This document shows, in pieces, positions 19,001-32,700 of a stretch of DNA of 64,000 nt. Under the pieces are notes generated by a model. The model was not told the origin of the DNA. It did no database searches and was given only the letters and a program-made list of their open reading frames with translations. Source of the stretch: Camelus dromedarius (taxonomy: Eukaryota). Made by a program: the position numbers and the translations under genes. The stretch's first letter is position 1. Every line of letters starts with the position of its first letter. Location of the stretch: NCBI RefSeq assembly GCF_036321535.1, contig NC_087472.1, positions 98,706,001 through 98,770,000 on the forward strand, read 5' to 3'.

Positions 19001-19710
19001 ACTTGATGCCACTGAATTTACACTTAAAATGCTTAAAATGGTAAATTTTATGTCATGTATATTTTATCATAATAAAAAATACTAAAATAAGGCAAAAAAA
19101 AAAAAGGAAAACTATAGAGTCCAAAAAGAAGTGATATAGTTCTCAATGTTTGTAGAGGATTCATATAAGACTATTATGGTATAAATGGAGAAGAATAAAG
19201 TCATATAAAGAGAGGTAAGGTTTCTAAACTTCATTTCAACTGATAAAATGATGACACCAGTAGACAGTAATAAGTTTTGTGTGTATGATGTAATTATACA
19301 TACAAAAGAGCAGTCACTAAAAAGCTATTATACAAGAGATACACTCAAAACCAGTATCAATAAAATGAAATTGTAAAAAGTATTCAAGTAACCTACAGGA
19401 AGACAAGAAAAAGAAAAAAGAAATGAAAAACAGAGAACAAACAGAAAACAAGAAATAAAATTGGCAGGCTTAAGCTCCAAGGTAATGATAATTACCTTAA
19501 ATATAAATGGTCTAAGTTCACCAATTAAAAGATTAGCAGAGTGAATTTAAAAACGTGATGCAGCTATATGCTGTCTATAAAAAACTCCAAATATAATGAT
19601 ATATGCAGGTTGAAAGTAAAAGGATAGAAAAAGATATATTGAGCAAATATTAATTAAAAATAACCAGGAGTAGCTATATTAATGTAAGATAAAGAAGATT
19701 TCAAAGAGGG
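16030..19710 (+). mobile_element. Ancient L1M 5'UTR-ORF1-ORF2 start, interrupted by a nested L1 at 17776-19105
   Basis: 5'UTR with internal subrepeats (16400-16960), A-rich degenerate ORF1 (aaacttcccaaatgtggcaaaagacataaacttacagattcaagaag), and ORF2 endonuclease start (aatggtctaagttcaccaattaaaaga..gctatatgctgtctata) near 19500. Confidence 0.85.
17776..19105 (+). mobile_element. Nested L1 (L1MB/L1MA-like): short 5'-like segment plus ORF2 3' end, 3'UTR and polyA
   Basis: ORF-track peptide [20 protein letters not shown]... is the L1 ORF2 C-terminus. A-tail at 19094-19105. Degenerate TSD (agagtcca core) on both sides. Confidence 0.85.
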
Positions 19711-20564
19711 TAGAAAACCAAAGGGGAAAAATAGAAGTGCTGGGATATTCATCTTACGAGGCAAAGAGTCAAGAGTTACTTTATAGAGTTGATGAAAAGG
19801 AAATAAACTTTTAAATATTCCTTAAAGTTACAATGATAAGAAGTATAAGAGCTGAAAATAATCACATTGGGGGGAATTAAAGAAGCAGTAGATGTATAGT
19901 ATGAGTTAGCGAAGTCCTCTTCTGCCTTGGCAGAAAGTCTATAGATAGCATCCTAAATTAACAAATCTATTAATGGTGACAATCGGCTTAAATGAGTTAA
20001 AATGGGAGGACTTAAGAGTAGGGCAGAGGACCACAGTTTAAGTCTTTCTATGCCATTTGATTATTAAGTCTTGTGCGTGTATTACTTTAGTAAACATTTA
20101 AAAGTATTTTAATTAAAACCAGAAGCCTCTACTGTGACTGACAAGAGCATAAAGACTGAAATCCCTTGCATGGTGTTTGAAATCATTTACAGGATGACCC
20201 CAGTCTAGCTTTACTTCTCTATTTCTATCCATTCCCTAGAATACTTTGTTTTGGCCACATGAGAAAATGAAGTCTCACTTCTCTTGTTAACTCTTCCTTA
20301 AGTGCCCTTCTCACCCATCAAGACCCTACTGAAAGGTAGATTCCTCTGTGGAGTGTTTCCCAAGTCAACCACCCTCTACCCCAAGGGTAGAATTATCTCC
20401 TTCCCAGCATTTTTTTAAATTCAATTTTTATGTGTAATGGGTATACACCTTCTGAGTTCTAATAAGTAAATAGAAACGTAAATTCTGGGAATTCAAAATA
20501 GAAAGCATTTCACATATTCACAGGGAAAAAGCGAAAGAATTGTGTATGTAATAAAATATTGGGA

Positions 20565-20640
20565 GCCGCTCACCTGAGCCTGCCCGCTCTCCCCTTGAGA
20601 GTGTACTATCCATCCTTTAATAAATCCTCACTTTACTTTA
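20565..20640 (+). mobile_element. Short ERV-LTR R-region fragment
   Basis: gccgctcacctgagcc...ttgagagtgtact...tttAATAAAtcctcactttacttt resembles an ERV LTR R region ending just after its polyA signal. Confidence 0.55.
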
Positions 20641-21489
20641 AAAATATATATATATCGGGACAACCACATTAAAAAAGGGACATTTGTTAGTAGGAAAGTA
20701 CAGTCTGTCCCCCTGGCAATTCTAATGGAGCACACTTCATGACAACTCCTCCTCTCTCCCTGACTTCATGAAGATTCACCATATGTCTTCTAAGTCAGAA
20801 ACCTTATTTTTAGAACAATATATTATTTCTCAGTTTGACTGAAGCCACACATCTTTCCTAGTTGGAGGAGGTATACTGTTTCCAGTGTCATATAATTATA
20901 AGTTAACCCAATCTTAATGGGGTTTGGAATGTGAAAGAAGAAACAGGAATTGGTTGGTAATGAGAATTTGACAGTATTTTCTTGCTTCCCCAGCAAATAC
21001 GTTTTACAAAAGTCCTGTATGAAGGCATCATTACCAAGCGTTTTTTCCTTGGCATGTGGCACCTTTTAATATTCTATTAAAACAGTCTTATGTTTTGGTT
21101 TATTTCATGGCAAATTAGGCCATTCAAAGAAAGAGTATGTTATTATTTATTTTCCTTTGAATGTGTCCAGGTTTTTAAATTATTATCAAGGATTTGTTGT
21201 TCTAATGCCATGACTCTTATGGCACCCAATGTCTGAAAGTTTAGAAATAATGATTTGAGGCTTTACATCTGTTTAGGTATTAATCTGAGTATATAAATTC
21301 AAAAGGCAAAGTTAAGGATGTTTTCAGTAGCAAACCTTAATTTTCATTGAAGTATATGTCCTCATCAAAATTACAGAGCATCTACATAATTATATTATTA
21401 TACCTTTTATGAAAATAAATTTCATATAGAATTATAAGAAAAATAAACTTGCCAGAACATGTAGAATTGCAAAATGATATAATATACTT

Positions 21490-21710
21490 AGAAAGAGAGC
21501 TAAACTAGGGATGAGAAGAGTTGGGCCTTCTGTCTAAACTTCCAAGTTCAAGTCTCTGTAATATTGAGCAAATCACATAACCCTGCTAACCCTCAGTATT
21601 TTCATCTGCAATATGGGGATTCTCATTCTTAGAATTTATTGAGGCTCAAATGAAAAAAGTATTCAAAATCACTGTAAGCTATCCAAATGTAACCTAATGT
21701 TATTATTCAA
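21490..21710 (+). mobile_element. MIR SINE
   Basis: ttgagcaaatcacataacc..cctcagtattttcatctgcaatatggggat is the MIR core. Confidence 0.7.
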
Positions 21711-23317
21711 ATTGCATAGAATTTGTAGTACAGTCTTCTAAATATCCTCAAAACTGGCAACCCTTTTTTCCTTTAAGAATAACTTTGACAGCCAAAATTC
21801 ATTTGAAGCCATGTCTGGCCAGTAAATTTGATGCTCCATTTAGCTAATACTGTTTTTGGTTAAGGAAAAAAAATGGTATAAAATAGACATTATTAAAAGC
21901 ATGCCACATAAAATTACTGAAGTCAATGTTTTAAAAGTTCCCAAAATATTTTGAATTATATTAATATCCCAAAGATGGCTACTTTGAAGTCTTAACAATA
22001 ATTGATTATATTTGGTTATGTTCCTTAAAAGAATATGTTTATCTGCATTTTAGTAATGTTTCCATGTAAGCTTCTAGATTTTTCTATCTTAAGTCTACAT
22101 GTTTGGTTTAAAGATACTATTCTACAAAAGTTTAAAGTAGAGCACAAGATAATCAAGTAAATTTATGTTTGTAAATGAGACATGAAATATTCAGTTATTC
22201 ATTTTTTTTCCTGTGAAAAGGTAAATCAAAGGTCAGCTCCTTTAAACTATTCCTTTTGTCAAGAATGTGAGTGAAGATTGGAAGAAAAAGGGAGGGGAGT
22301 AGGAAAGAAAATGTTTGAATTACAAAGTACCACTTCACTATCAACATATTTAAATGAGTACCTGCATAAAACAAAACTGGCTTAAAAAATTAAACCTTGC
22401 CTTTGTTCTCCATTTATGGAAATACCCTTTCTGCAGGCTAGATGAAAGTAAAATGTGGTTCAAGGTTCTCACTCCTTATGTAGGTAACTGTAGCTCCTAC
22501 ACATCATTGTTAGAATCCTCATGTGGCAGGGGGAGGCAGAAGTCATAGAAGTATTGTATTTTTCTCAGAAAAAGATTGTACCATGCTTAGAAAATATTGA
22601 ACCTCATTTCCTTAATGGTACAACTTCTTATAAGCATAATCTCATGAAAAAGAAAGACTGACCACATGCAAATTTTATTCCTAAACAGGAAGATGGAGTT
22701 GTAGCTAATTGGGAAAGAGATTAGAAAGATGATAGAATTGGCTAAAGCCAACATTTAGTTTAAAAACACTACTCAGAAATTATATTAGATACCCAATGTG
22801 ATCTTGCTTTGGGGGAAGGGATATTGTTTTCCTATATGCAGTGTGTTTCTCTTTTATCGTGGCTTTTTATATTGTATTGACTACTCAGTTTTTCTTGGTC
22901 CATTAGAACATAAACATGTGAAAATAGCAAGCCATTAAGACTCTTTCAAAAACTGTTAGTATAATCACAAGATGTTCTGTTAGCATGCAGTGTACCTCAT
23001 TTTTAGTATGAAAAGTGTTCTTGGGCTCTGATGAAACCTTATGAAGGTTTGGTTCAACAGCCATGTAAAAATGAAAAATCTGTTAATACTAATTTACCTG
23101 TCTTAGTAAATCACAAAACAAGCAACCTAAAGCAAACATTCATACAAAAATTTCCTGTATACATTTGATAAAGATGACTCCAACTGATACCTGCCATTTC
23201 TGCAACTGTATTTTGCATTCACTTTGAATACCTCAGAGAATCAAGTAGTTTGCTAACACTTTAGTTGTGCTTCTTAGAAATTGATTTCTGTAGATTTAAT
23301 ATAGCTGCTGTTATCAC

Positions 23318-23795
23318 TGTACAGGAGGAAAAATAATTTTCCCTCTACCCTTCTGAGTTCTTAGCTGAGACCCCTGTAATCAAAGGTGGGTTAACAAGAG
23401 AGATGGCTTTAGAATTCAGGCTTAAATGCCACCTTAATAAGGAAAGGGGAGAGGGTGATAGGCCTCTTAGGGGAGAGTAAATTATTTTTAGGAAAGATGA
23501 GTGGGCTCTTAAAAGAATAGATGGGAGGTATGATAATTTGTGACTAAGTTTGTCTGGGTGTGGTATGGACTTCTAGTTTTCTCTCCTGTGATAAGAGTCA
23601 GCCCTCTCTGGTTGATGAATCTCCTGGGGAGGGGATTTATGATAATGAATTCCTTTAGGAGGATTTATCTTTAAGCAGATAAGGAGAATTGAGAGAAAGC
23701 TTCTCCCTGTATTTGCTGTTTTCAAGTAACTTGGGCTCAAAATAATCAATATACCAAGCAGCACATTCTGAAGTGGCATATTTTACTACCTTTCA
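23318..23795 (-). mobile_element. ERV1 solo LTR (MER34/MER39-like)
   Basis: Minus strand begins TGAAAGG..AAAATATGCCACTTCAGAATGTGCTGCTTGGTATATTGATTATTTTGAG. TG...CA ends; 4-bp TSD TCAC/TTAC (one mismatch). Confidence 0.8.
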
Positions 23796-24654
23796 TTACC
23801 TTACATATTATCCTTTAGTAAAGGCCTAGAAGAAATATATCAAGATTCGTAGAGAGAATCAAAAGTTCAAGGTAAGTGGAACTTTCGTCACTTTCCCCAT
23901 AAACTGGTTAGAAAAATATTCTTAAGCAAGGAAATTCATGACAGTTTGATGCTGATGTTCTACTTCAGTGACCTTTCTTTTCCCAAATGAGTGAAATCAA
24001 AACTTATGTTTCCAAACTCACCAATACCTAATGACTTCCTCAGACATAGACATCAGCTAAGCTCTACCATCAAATGGTTTGATATCAGTATCATCAGTGG
24101 TAATTTGGATTGGGATGGGCTGATTAAGTAAGTCAAAACACTTTTGGTTGCATACATTTGTGATCAATAGCAGTGAATTCTCATGCCTCAGATCCAAGCA
24201 ACATATGTGACCAAAACATTTTGCTGTTCAAGAGAAATGAGTTAGTACAGGGACATATCGGCATCATGAGCAAAAGAAGGTTTATTATTTCAGAAGACAA
24301 ACTTGTTGCCATAATATCAGTATTCAAGAAAAATTTGTAACCACCTATAGAGATACATAGAAGATTTTTTAAGAAAAAGTAAGCAAAATTATTGAAATAG
24401 AAGGCAAGCCTCCTAGAAAGTTGTTTGCTGCAATGAAACCAAATGCAAAGTTTCACTGAAACAGAAGAAATCACTGTGCAATCTGTTCCTCCCCCAGTAT
24501 TTATCATATAAAGACTTTTTGGGAGGCATTTGCACACATATAATGATCAGTGAAAATGTTCATTTCAGTTCAGTTTAAAGGTGTTGGAGAAATAAAGAAT
24601 GTCTGCAGTTATCTAATGAGTACATATTTCTCAGGCTGCAAACTGAGTTGAGAT

Positions 24655-24870
24655 TGCAATGTGGGGACCCTGGTTGGGATCTTGGAACAGAAGAAGACAT
24701 TAGTGAAAAAAATTGGTGAATTTTGAATAAAGTCTGTAGTTTAGTTAGTAACATTTTATCAATGTTAATTTCTTGTTCTTGATAATCAAACTATGGTATC
24801 TAAAATGTTAACATTAGGGGAAGCAAGGTGAGGGATAAACTGTACTATTTTTCAACTTTTCTATAAGTTT
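24655..24870 (+). mobile_element. L1MC/L1ME-type 3' end fragment
   Basis: tgcaatgtggggaccctggttgggatcttggaacagaagaagacattagtgaaaaa..gaataaagtctgtagtttagtt. Confidence 0.75.
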
Positions 24871-25734
24871 AACACACACACATACAGAAAGAAAAGCTTA
24901 ATTTTTATATAACTAAATGTAATGCCCAGAAAACTTTATCTAGTGACAGAAGAATTATCTGTGTCTCAGAAAGCTTTATTTGTCACAACTAGGTAAAGTT
25001 GGTCACCTTTGAGATTTTTCTTAAGGATATTCATGGGTATTGCTTTCTCCCCCTCCCTGAAGTAGATGTAAAGCTGGAAGGAAGCTTAAACAAATATTTA
25101 AAAGTTTCCATGACGTGGGCACATGTACTTGTTATGTTTGATTTGGTTATGTCCTAAACTGATGTCCTCCACAACGTGACTTCTCTTATTTAATCCTTGG
25201 GCCTATCCCCTGCATGCTGATATCTGCTAAAATCAAACTATATACCTGACTTGATCCTGGCTGTACATTCCTCTAGTTTGGTGGTCATTAGTGTCTCCTG
25301 TAGATCTCTCACAGGCTCAGTAACTATTTCTCTTCATAGCTACTATCTACCTCTCCAGGAACTTTCAGATGCCATCCCACTGGAAATTCAGGGGATTTTC
25401 TCTGGGCCTCTCCAATATGGGCAAAAATAGCTATTATACTTTTAATGGTTTGGCGGACTTTTCTTAAAGGTTTGCCATCTCCTTGGTCTTCACCCAGAGT
25501 TCTTTATATTCTCTCAGATACTCACACTTAAAGCAGGATTCTGTATAGCATCTGGAGGGAAGGACACAGCTCTCCCTTCCCCCACTACATCTGGCTCTCC
25601 TATTTTCTCTTTTCAGATTTTCCTCCCTGTTTTGCCCTATAGCTCTAAGGCTTTTATGTAATCTGCGGGAGGAGAAAACTTATTTAGCCAGTACACTTTC
25701 GAAGTCTTTTAGTCTTACGTATCTAGATTTTGAC

Positions 25735-26075
25735 TTTTTTTTGAAGTACAATTTAAATATAGCTAAATACTGTGTGTGTACTGTTCAGTTTTGACAAATG
25801 CATAAACTTGTATAACCCATACTGTTATTAAGACCCAGAACATTCTAATCACCACAGAAAGTTCCCTTATGCCCCATCTCAGTGAATATGCCCCACAACA
25901 ACCATGATCTGATTTTTTGTCATTATAGGTTACTAGTTTTGTCCATTCTAGAATTTCATATAATTGAAATTATACAATATATACTTTTTGTGTCTTATTC
26001 TTTTACTCAGTATAATGTTTTTGAAATTTATCCATATTGAGGCTTGGATCTATAGTTCATTCTTCTTAGTTTCTG
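25735..26075 (-). mobile_element. Old L1M 3' end fragment
   Basis: ttttgacaaatgcataaacttgtataacc...ttctagaatttcatataattgaaattatacaatatatactttttg is antisense L1 3'UTR/ORF2 end. Confidence 0.75.
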
Positions 26076-29000
26076 AAAAATCCCTGAAAAGAAATATTAG
26101 GAATCAAGTTTTTTTACATTGTGTTTAATTTTAATTACTTAATACATGATTTTAAGCACATAGTTTTACTCTACGTATTTAGCTGATCAGTTTTGGTCAG
26201 TTTGTGGTATATAATTTATATCCAAGAATGAAATTCTGTCTTCAAATTTTGCACATATAGGAGATTGGGATAGACTTTTGATCAACATATGACCATTGTC
26301 TAGGAACCAATTAAAGGTTGAGTGTTGCCACAATCATAATTTTTAAATATTTCTGGAACATTGAGAAATAAACAAGGCTTTAAGCAGTTGTCACATGAGA
26401 TATAGAGGAGCAGCATGTTGATGCCAGCTGAAACAAAATATTGGGAGCCACTTGGCTGAGCAGCTGCTTTCATACTAATACATCATACATATAAGTATCA
26501 AAATGGTTACCAGTAGAGTTTTACATCTATTTGGGAAGACTCCAGCTTCACTAGATGCTTCAGTACCTTCTAGCCTTAAATTATATATCCTAGTAACATC
26601 AAGTGTCAAAGCCTTTAGTACTCATTTCAGGTTCTCTACAAAACTGGTTAATTTTAAAGCCTGTTTTTAAATTTTAAAGATTGGTGGTCAGTAAACTTTC
26701 TTGCCTCCTTCATAGAAAAAAAATGTTCATATCATCATGTGCAGTTTTCCTAAATGTCCATCCTAACCCTAATAAGTATATCAAAGGTCAAAATACATAT
26801 TAACCTCCATATATGCAGGAAAACATTTTGGTAAAATTAAATATTCAATTTCTATTTTAAAAAATTCCAGTAAGAAACAGTCAGAAAACATTGTCTTCTA
26901 AAGATTTTGAGAGATTTCTCATTCTAGCTCTATTCCTTCCAGGTTCTCCCTCTTATAATTAAAAAATTAAATAAAATTAATTAAATAAGTAAATTAAATT
27001 AAAAATTAAATTAAAAAAAATTTGAAATCCTAAACATAACATAACAAACAATCATAGACAGACTCTGAAAGGGGTGAAAGGAAGAAGGCTGACAGTCTAG
27101 CTAACTTGTGACTGGAGGAAAGACACAGTGATGAGTTCCGTGGATTTCCTTGTTGTCTCCCATGTATTACTGACAGAGTATGGCACCACCATATTGGCCT
27201 CCACCCAGAACTACCAACAGGCAAAGACAATACAAAGTTGTAAGAAAGCCCAGTTCCCACTCTCTTGCCAAAGTGCTAGGAAAAGGGTGGCCTAAGAACA
27301 GAAAACCTTTTTGCAAGACCCACCCTATACCAGACAAAGAGCAAGGGAGAAAGTATGCCTTGTCCCCCATGTTTCACTGGTAGTCTACTTGGCACAAGCT
27401 AAGTGGCACTCTGATTTATCCACTAGGTGGTGTCAGCAAGCTGAGTGGGGATATGAAGCAGACAGTACTTATCTGATTCTCCTGTAGAGGTAGTAATGAT
27501 TGGATCAAGTGGGCGGCTGATCTTCCATTACCTGCTTGATGGAAGCCAGTGGTGCTCTGATTCTCCTGCCAAGGTGCTGTTGGTGGGACTGAGTGGGGAA
27601 AGGCTCTTCCATTCCCCACCTGGCAGAATTAGGCTATGCTCAGATTCCTCCAACAGGGTAGTTTCATTAGGATTCAGAAGTGAGCTAAACCTCCAGTTGT
27701 ACCTAGCAGCAATGAAATTTAACCAGGTTGTGAGAGGTGGAGCTATATCCCCTCTCCAGTGTCAAAGGGCTCAGTGGGAAGCCCCCTTCTGGAATCAATG
27801 AGACTGAATAAAGTGGTGCAAGTCAGGCCTAGCAAACATTTGGGTTTCTAGCTACCTCTGGTTTCAACAAGGCCAGTGCCAAGCTGAACTTCCAAACTCA
27901 TCTAGTAACAGTGAGACTGAATGATGTGGTGCTAAGCAACGCTAGACAGTACTACTGTTCATTCACTGATGGGGCCCAGTAGGAAGCTGAGCCTCTATAC
28001 CCACCTGCCTGAATCCTAGTTTCACTGGGAAGGTGACAGCAGGACTGAAGGAGGAGCTGACCTTCACTCTAACTATCTGTAGTGAGGCAGTGTGAGCCGG
28101 TGCCCCACTTTTGCCAAGGTGGTGTTGGCAGGACCCAGCAGGAAACATAACATACACTCCGCCTGATGTGAGAGGTATACCTCAACAGGTAGACTGCCTG
28201 ATAAAATAAAGAAGGTTAAATAGAATCCATAGCCTCATAATACAGTTTCTAAAATGTTGAGAACATAATTTAAAAAATCACTCAGCTCTGCAGCAAGAAC
28301 CAGGAAAATCAAACATGAATGAGAAAAGACAATTAATAGATGTCAACATCAAAAAGGAATCAAATGTTGAGTGTTGAAAGTATCTGACAAAATTTTTAAA
28401 GCAGTCATCATAAAAATGTTTTAATGAGCAATTATGAATTCTCTTGAAAAATTAAAAATCTCACCAAAGAAAAAGAAGCTATAACCAAAAAAAAAATGGT
28501 GCTGGTAGAACTAAAAACACGGTAATCAAAATGAAAAACTCACTCACTGGCTCAATAGTAGAATAGAGAAAATAGAGATAGAATAAGTGAACCAGAGTAT
28601 AGATCAGTAGAATTTACCCAGTATGAACATCAAAGAGAAAATAGACTGAAAAAAATTGAACAGACTCTCAGGGACCTATGGGACAATAGCAAAATGGAAC
28701 ATATGTATCATCAGAGTTTGAAAAGGAGAGGAGAGAGTGGGAGTGAAATATTATTCCAAAGAATAATGCCTGAAAATGATCCAAATTTGGACAAGGAAGT
28801 AAACCTTCAGATCCAGGAAGCTGAGCAAGTCTCAAATAAGGTAAGCCAAAATATATCCATGACACATCATAATCAAACTTTTGAAAACTAAAGACAAAGA
28901 AATAAATCTTGAAAGCAGCCAGAGAGAAATGCTGTATTACTTATAAGGAAACACTGATTGGTATGACAGCAGATTTCTCATCTGAAAATATGGAAGTCAG

Positions 29001-29769
29001 TAGTAAGTTGCTAACATTTTTCAAGCACTGAATTAAAAATAGTTGTCAACAGCAAGTTCTATATCTAACAGAAATATCCTGCTGGAACTCAGGGGCAATA
29101 AGACATTCTTGGATAAAGGAAAACTAAGATAATTATTTACTAACAAGCTTCCCATTAAAGAATGGCTAAAGTAACTTCTCTAATCAGAAATGTAATGATA
29201 ACATAAGGAGGCTTGGAATTTCAGAAAGGAAAGAAAATTGGAATGTATAAATATAGGGGTAAATATAACAGACTAGGATTCCTACTTCTCATGAGTTTCT
29301 TAAACCATATTTGAAGGCTGAAGTAAAAATTATAACACCAGCTGCTGTGGTGCTTAACATAAGTAGAGAGCATACTTTTAAAAAACATGCTTTTTAAATG
29401 GTGAGCACAAAGGGACCTAAACGGAAGTCATGTTTCTATACTTAAAGTGGTGAAATGTTGCAGCCAGTTAATTGTGATATCATATATTTATATATATTTA
29501 ATACCTAGAACCAGGCTAAGAAAACTAAATGAAGAAAAGTATTCAAAAATATTATACATTTATCAGGAGGAAATTCTTAAAAATGTTCACATACCCCACT
29601 GGAAAGTAAGAAAAGAAGAGGAATGAGAATTGGAGAAAACAAACTGAAAGAAAATAATAAAATGGCTAACTTAAGCCATAACATATCAATCAATAACTTA
29701 AATGCAAATTGTCTGTATACACTAATTAAAAGAAGAGATTGGCAGAACAGCTAAAAATAATCCCCACAC

Positions 29770-32700
29770 TTCACTTCCAGTTTCTGGTCCAACATATAAA
29801 GAGCTTGGAAGTTATCATTCCTGTTTTCACAAGAAAAAAGCTGAAGAAACTGAAAATCAACAACTCTTCTTAGCTCTGTCACAGAATTGAAGTCACAGGA
29901 AAAATCACAGCTCCTAAAACTGGAGAGACAGAGACTCAGGCTTTACCAGGATCAGAAGTTGCAACTGGAGTCTGTTAGGAACACATTGCTGGAGACTGAC
30001 CATTGGACTAGCTTGAGAGAGAAAAACTCCTAGGGACTCTGCCTTAGGGGGATACCCATACTTCAGTGAGTTATATCTCCAGGAGGCCCACCAGGTTCTC
30101 AGGGTGAAGACTGGAGAAAAATCCCCTCTTGCTTTTGGCAGGGGAAAGGGAAAGTAGTTATTTTGAAATATGCCCAGAGCATTCTGTTCTCAGTAACAAA
30201 GACTTCTTCTCAAGAAAAACTATTTTACCAGATGCTAACCCACATGGATTTTCCCAGAGCCTAACCAATGTGGAAAAAGGGAAATACCCATCTCCAGCCC
30301 CCTCTAGCCTTCCTGTCTCACTTAAGGAAGAGAAAAAAGCTGAGAAGCACTCATGAAGGTTACAGCCCAGTGGCCCAGGCCATGTAAAAGATAAAGATCT
30401 TTTTATAGGAATATATGATTCTTCTCCTTCTTTCACATCTTTCCACAATATCAACAGGGCTTCTGTATATTAATAAGAAATTGCAGCTGAAAGAACTTCA
30501 AGGCTCAGGCTGTATTTAAGAAGGAGTTTCTAGGGAAACCCAAAGATATCAGAGAGGACAAAGACAAGGACACTAGAGGAAATCTTAGCTTCCCATGCCT
30601 ATAAAATAAACACAGCCTAGCTCCTAACTAGATAAACATAAAACCTCACACTAAAGGCCTGTTTACCTCAGTTCCTTTTTTTGATACATCATGTCTGGCT
30701 TTACACAACAACAACAAAATTACAAGTAATGATAAAAGGCAAAACAAAACAAAAACTAAACCAAAACAAACCAAAACGAAAACAGTTTGAAGAATCAGTC
30801 CAAGAATCAGGACCAGACTCAGATATGGCAGAGATTTTGGAATTATCACAGTGATGATTTAAAATAATGGTTATTAACATCCTAAGGGCTGTAATAGAAA
30901 ACTGGGTAACATGCATGAACAAATAGGTTCAGAGAGATGGAAACTCTAAGAAAGATTCAAAAAGAAATGCTATAAATCACAAACACTGTAACAAAAATGA
31001 ATAATGCCTTTGGTAGATTCATCAGTAGACTAGACATAGCTGAGGAAAGAATTAGCCAGCTTGATCATAAGTCAGTAGAAACTTCCCACACTGAATATAT
31101 TGAGTGATAACTTATGGATAAGTGAAGTGATAAGGAATGTCAGAAGGGACAAGAAGGAAGAATTAATACTATGCTATAAGGTACCAAACTACCTGAGAAG
31201 TGTAGAGTGTTATTTGAAAGTGTACTTGGATTAATTGTAAATATATATTTCAGACTCTAAGGTAACTGCTAACAACTAAAGGCCGAGACTGTCAAAGTGG
31301 ATAAAATAATAATACCCAACAATAGCACAAAAGGCAAAAAAAAGAGTAGAAGACAAAAATAGAAACAAAGAACAAGGACAACAAATAGACAAAAGTAGCA
31401 AATATGCTAGCTATTACTCCGGCTAAATCAGTAATCACTTTGAACATCAGTGGTCTAAAAGCACCAATTAAAAGACAGATTGTCAGAGTGGATCAAAAAA
31501 CACCACCAAACTATATGTTGTCTACAAAAAATTCCACTTTAAATATAAAGACACATAAAGATTAAAAGTAACTGGGTGTAAAAAGATGTACCATGCTAAC
31601 ACTAATCAAAAGAAAGTAGGAGTAGACATATTAATTTCAGACAGAGTAGACTTCAGAGTAAGGAAAGATATCAGGGATAAAGAGGGGCATTACATAATAA
31701 TAAAGAGGTTAAATTTCCAAGAAGACACAATGATCCTTAACACGTATGCATCTAACAGTGCACCCAACTCTCTCAAACAGTAGAGTATCAAAATATGTGG
31801 GGCAAAAACTGATAGAACTGCAAGGAGAAGTAGATGGAATCCACTATTACAGTTGGATGGTTCAATACTGCTCTATCAAAAATGGACAGATTTGTCAGGC
31901 AGAAAATCTAGAAATAAAAGGCAATCCTAAGGAATCTACAAAACATCTCCTAGACCTAAAGTAAGTCCAGCAAGTTCACAGGCTACAAGAGCAACAGAAT
32001 TAAGAAATCTCATATCTCTATATTAACATGCAGAAATGAACATTAAAATTTATCATTTGAAATTGCTCCAAGGGAAATGAAATACTTCAGAAAACACTTG
32101 ACAAAACATGTATAGGATCTGTGTACTTTTAGTTATTAAATGCTGATGCCAGAAATCAAAAAAGATCAAGATAAATGGGGAGACTTACTATATTCAGGGA
32201 TTGGAAGACTCAACATAATAAAGATGTCAGTTCTCCTGGAGTTTATATATTGATTTAGTGCAATTCCTAACAAATCCCACAAACTTTTATGTAGATATAG
32301 GGAAGCTTATTCTAAATTAGTATGGAAAGGAACAGACCCTGGAATACCTAAAACAATCTTGACAAGAAAAAATAAATTGAGAGGAATCACTCTACCCAAT
32401 AAAGGCTTACCATATAGCTACAGCAATAAAGACAACATGGCGTTGGTGGAGGGATAGGCAAATAGAAGAAAGAAATAGACACCCACAAATATGCCCCACT
32501 GATTTTTGACGAAGGTCCAAAATGGAAGAAGTTTAGTCTTTCAACAAATCGGGCTGGATCAATTGGGCATCCATACACCAAGAAGAAAAAAAAAAAAAAA
32601 CCTCAACCTTAAGTTCACACCTATGCAAAAGTGAACTCAAAATTTGTAATAGACTTAAATATAAATTTTAAAACTACAGTCTTAGAAAAATCTTAAAAGA

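Noticed and set aside
23940..24600. Possible processed pseudogene or ancient LINE coding remnant (incl. 118-aa minus ORF)
   Set aside because: The plus frames I translated contain stops and I recognise no protein in them or in the minus ORF; a TBLASTN/Dfam search would be needed.
26957..27022. Regular AATTAA array
   Set aside because: Low-complexity AT-rich sequence without a fixed unit.
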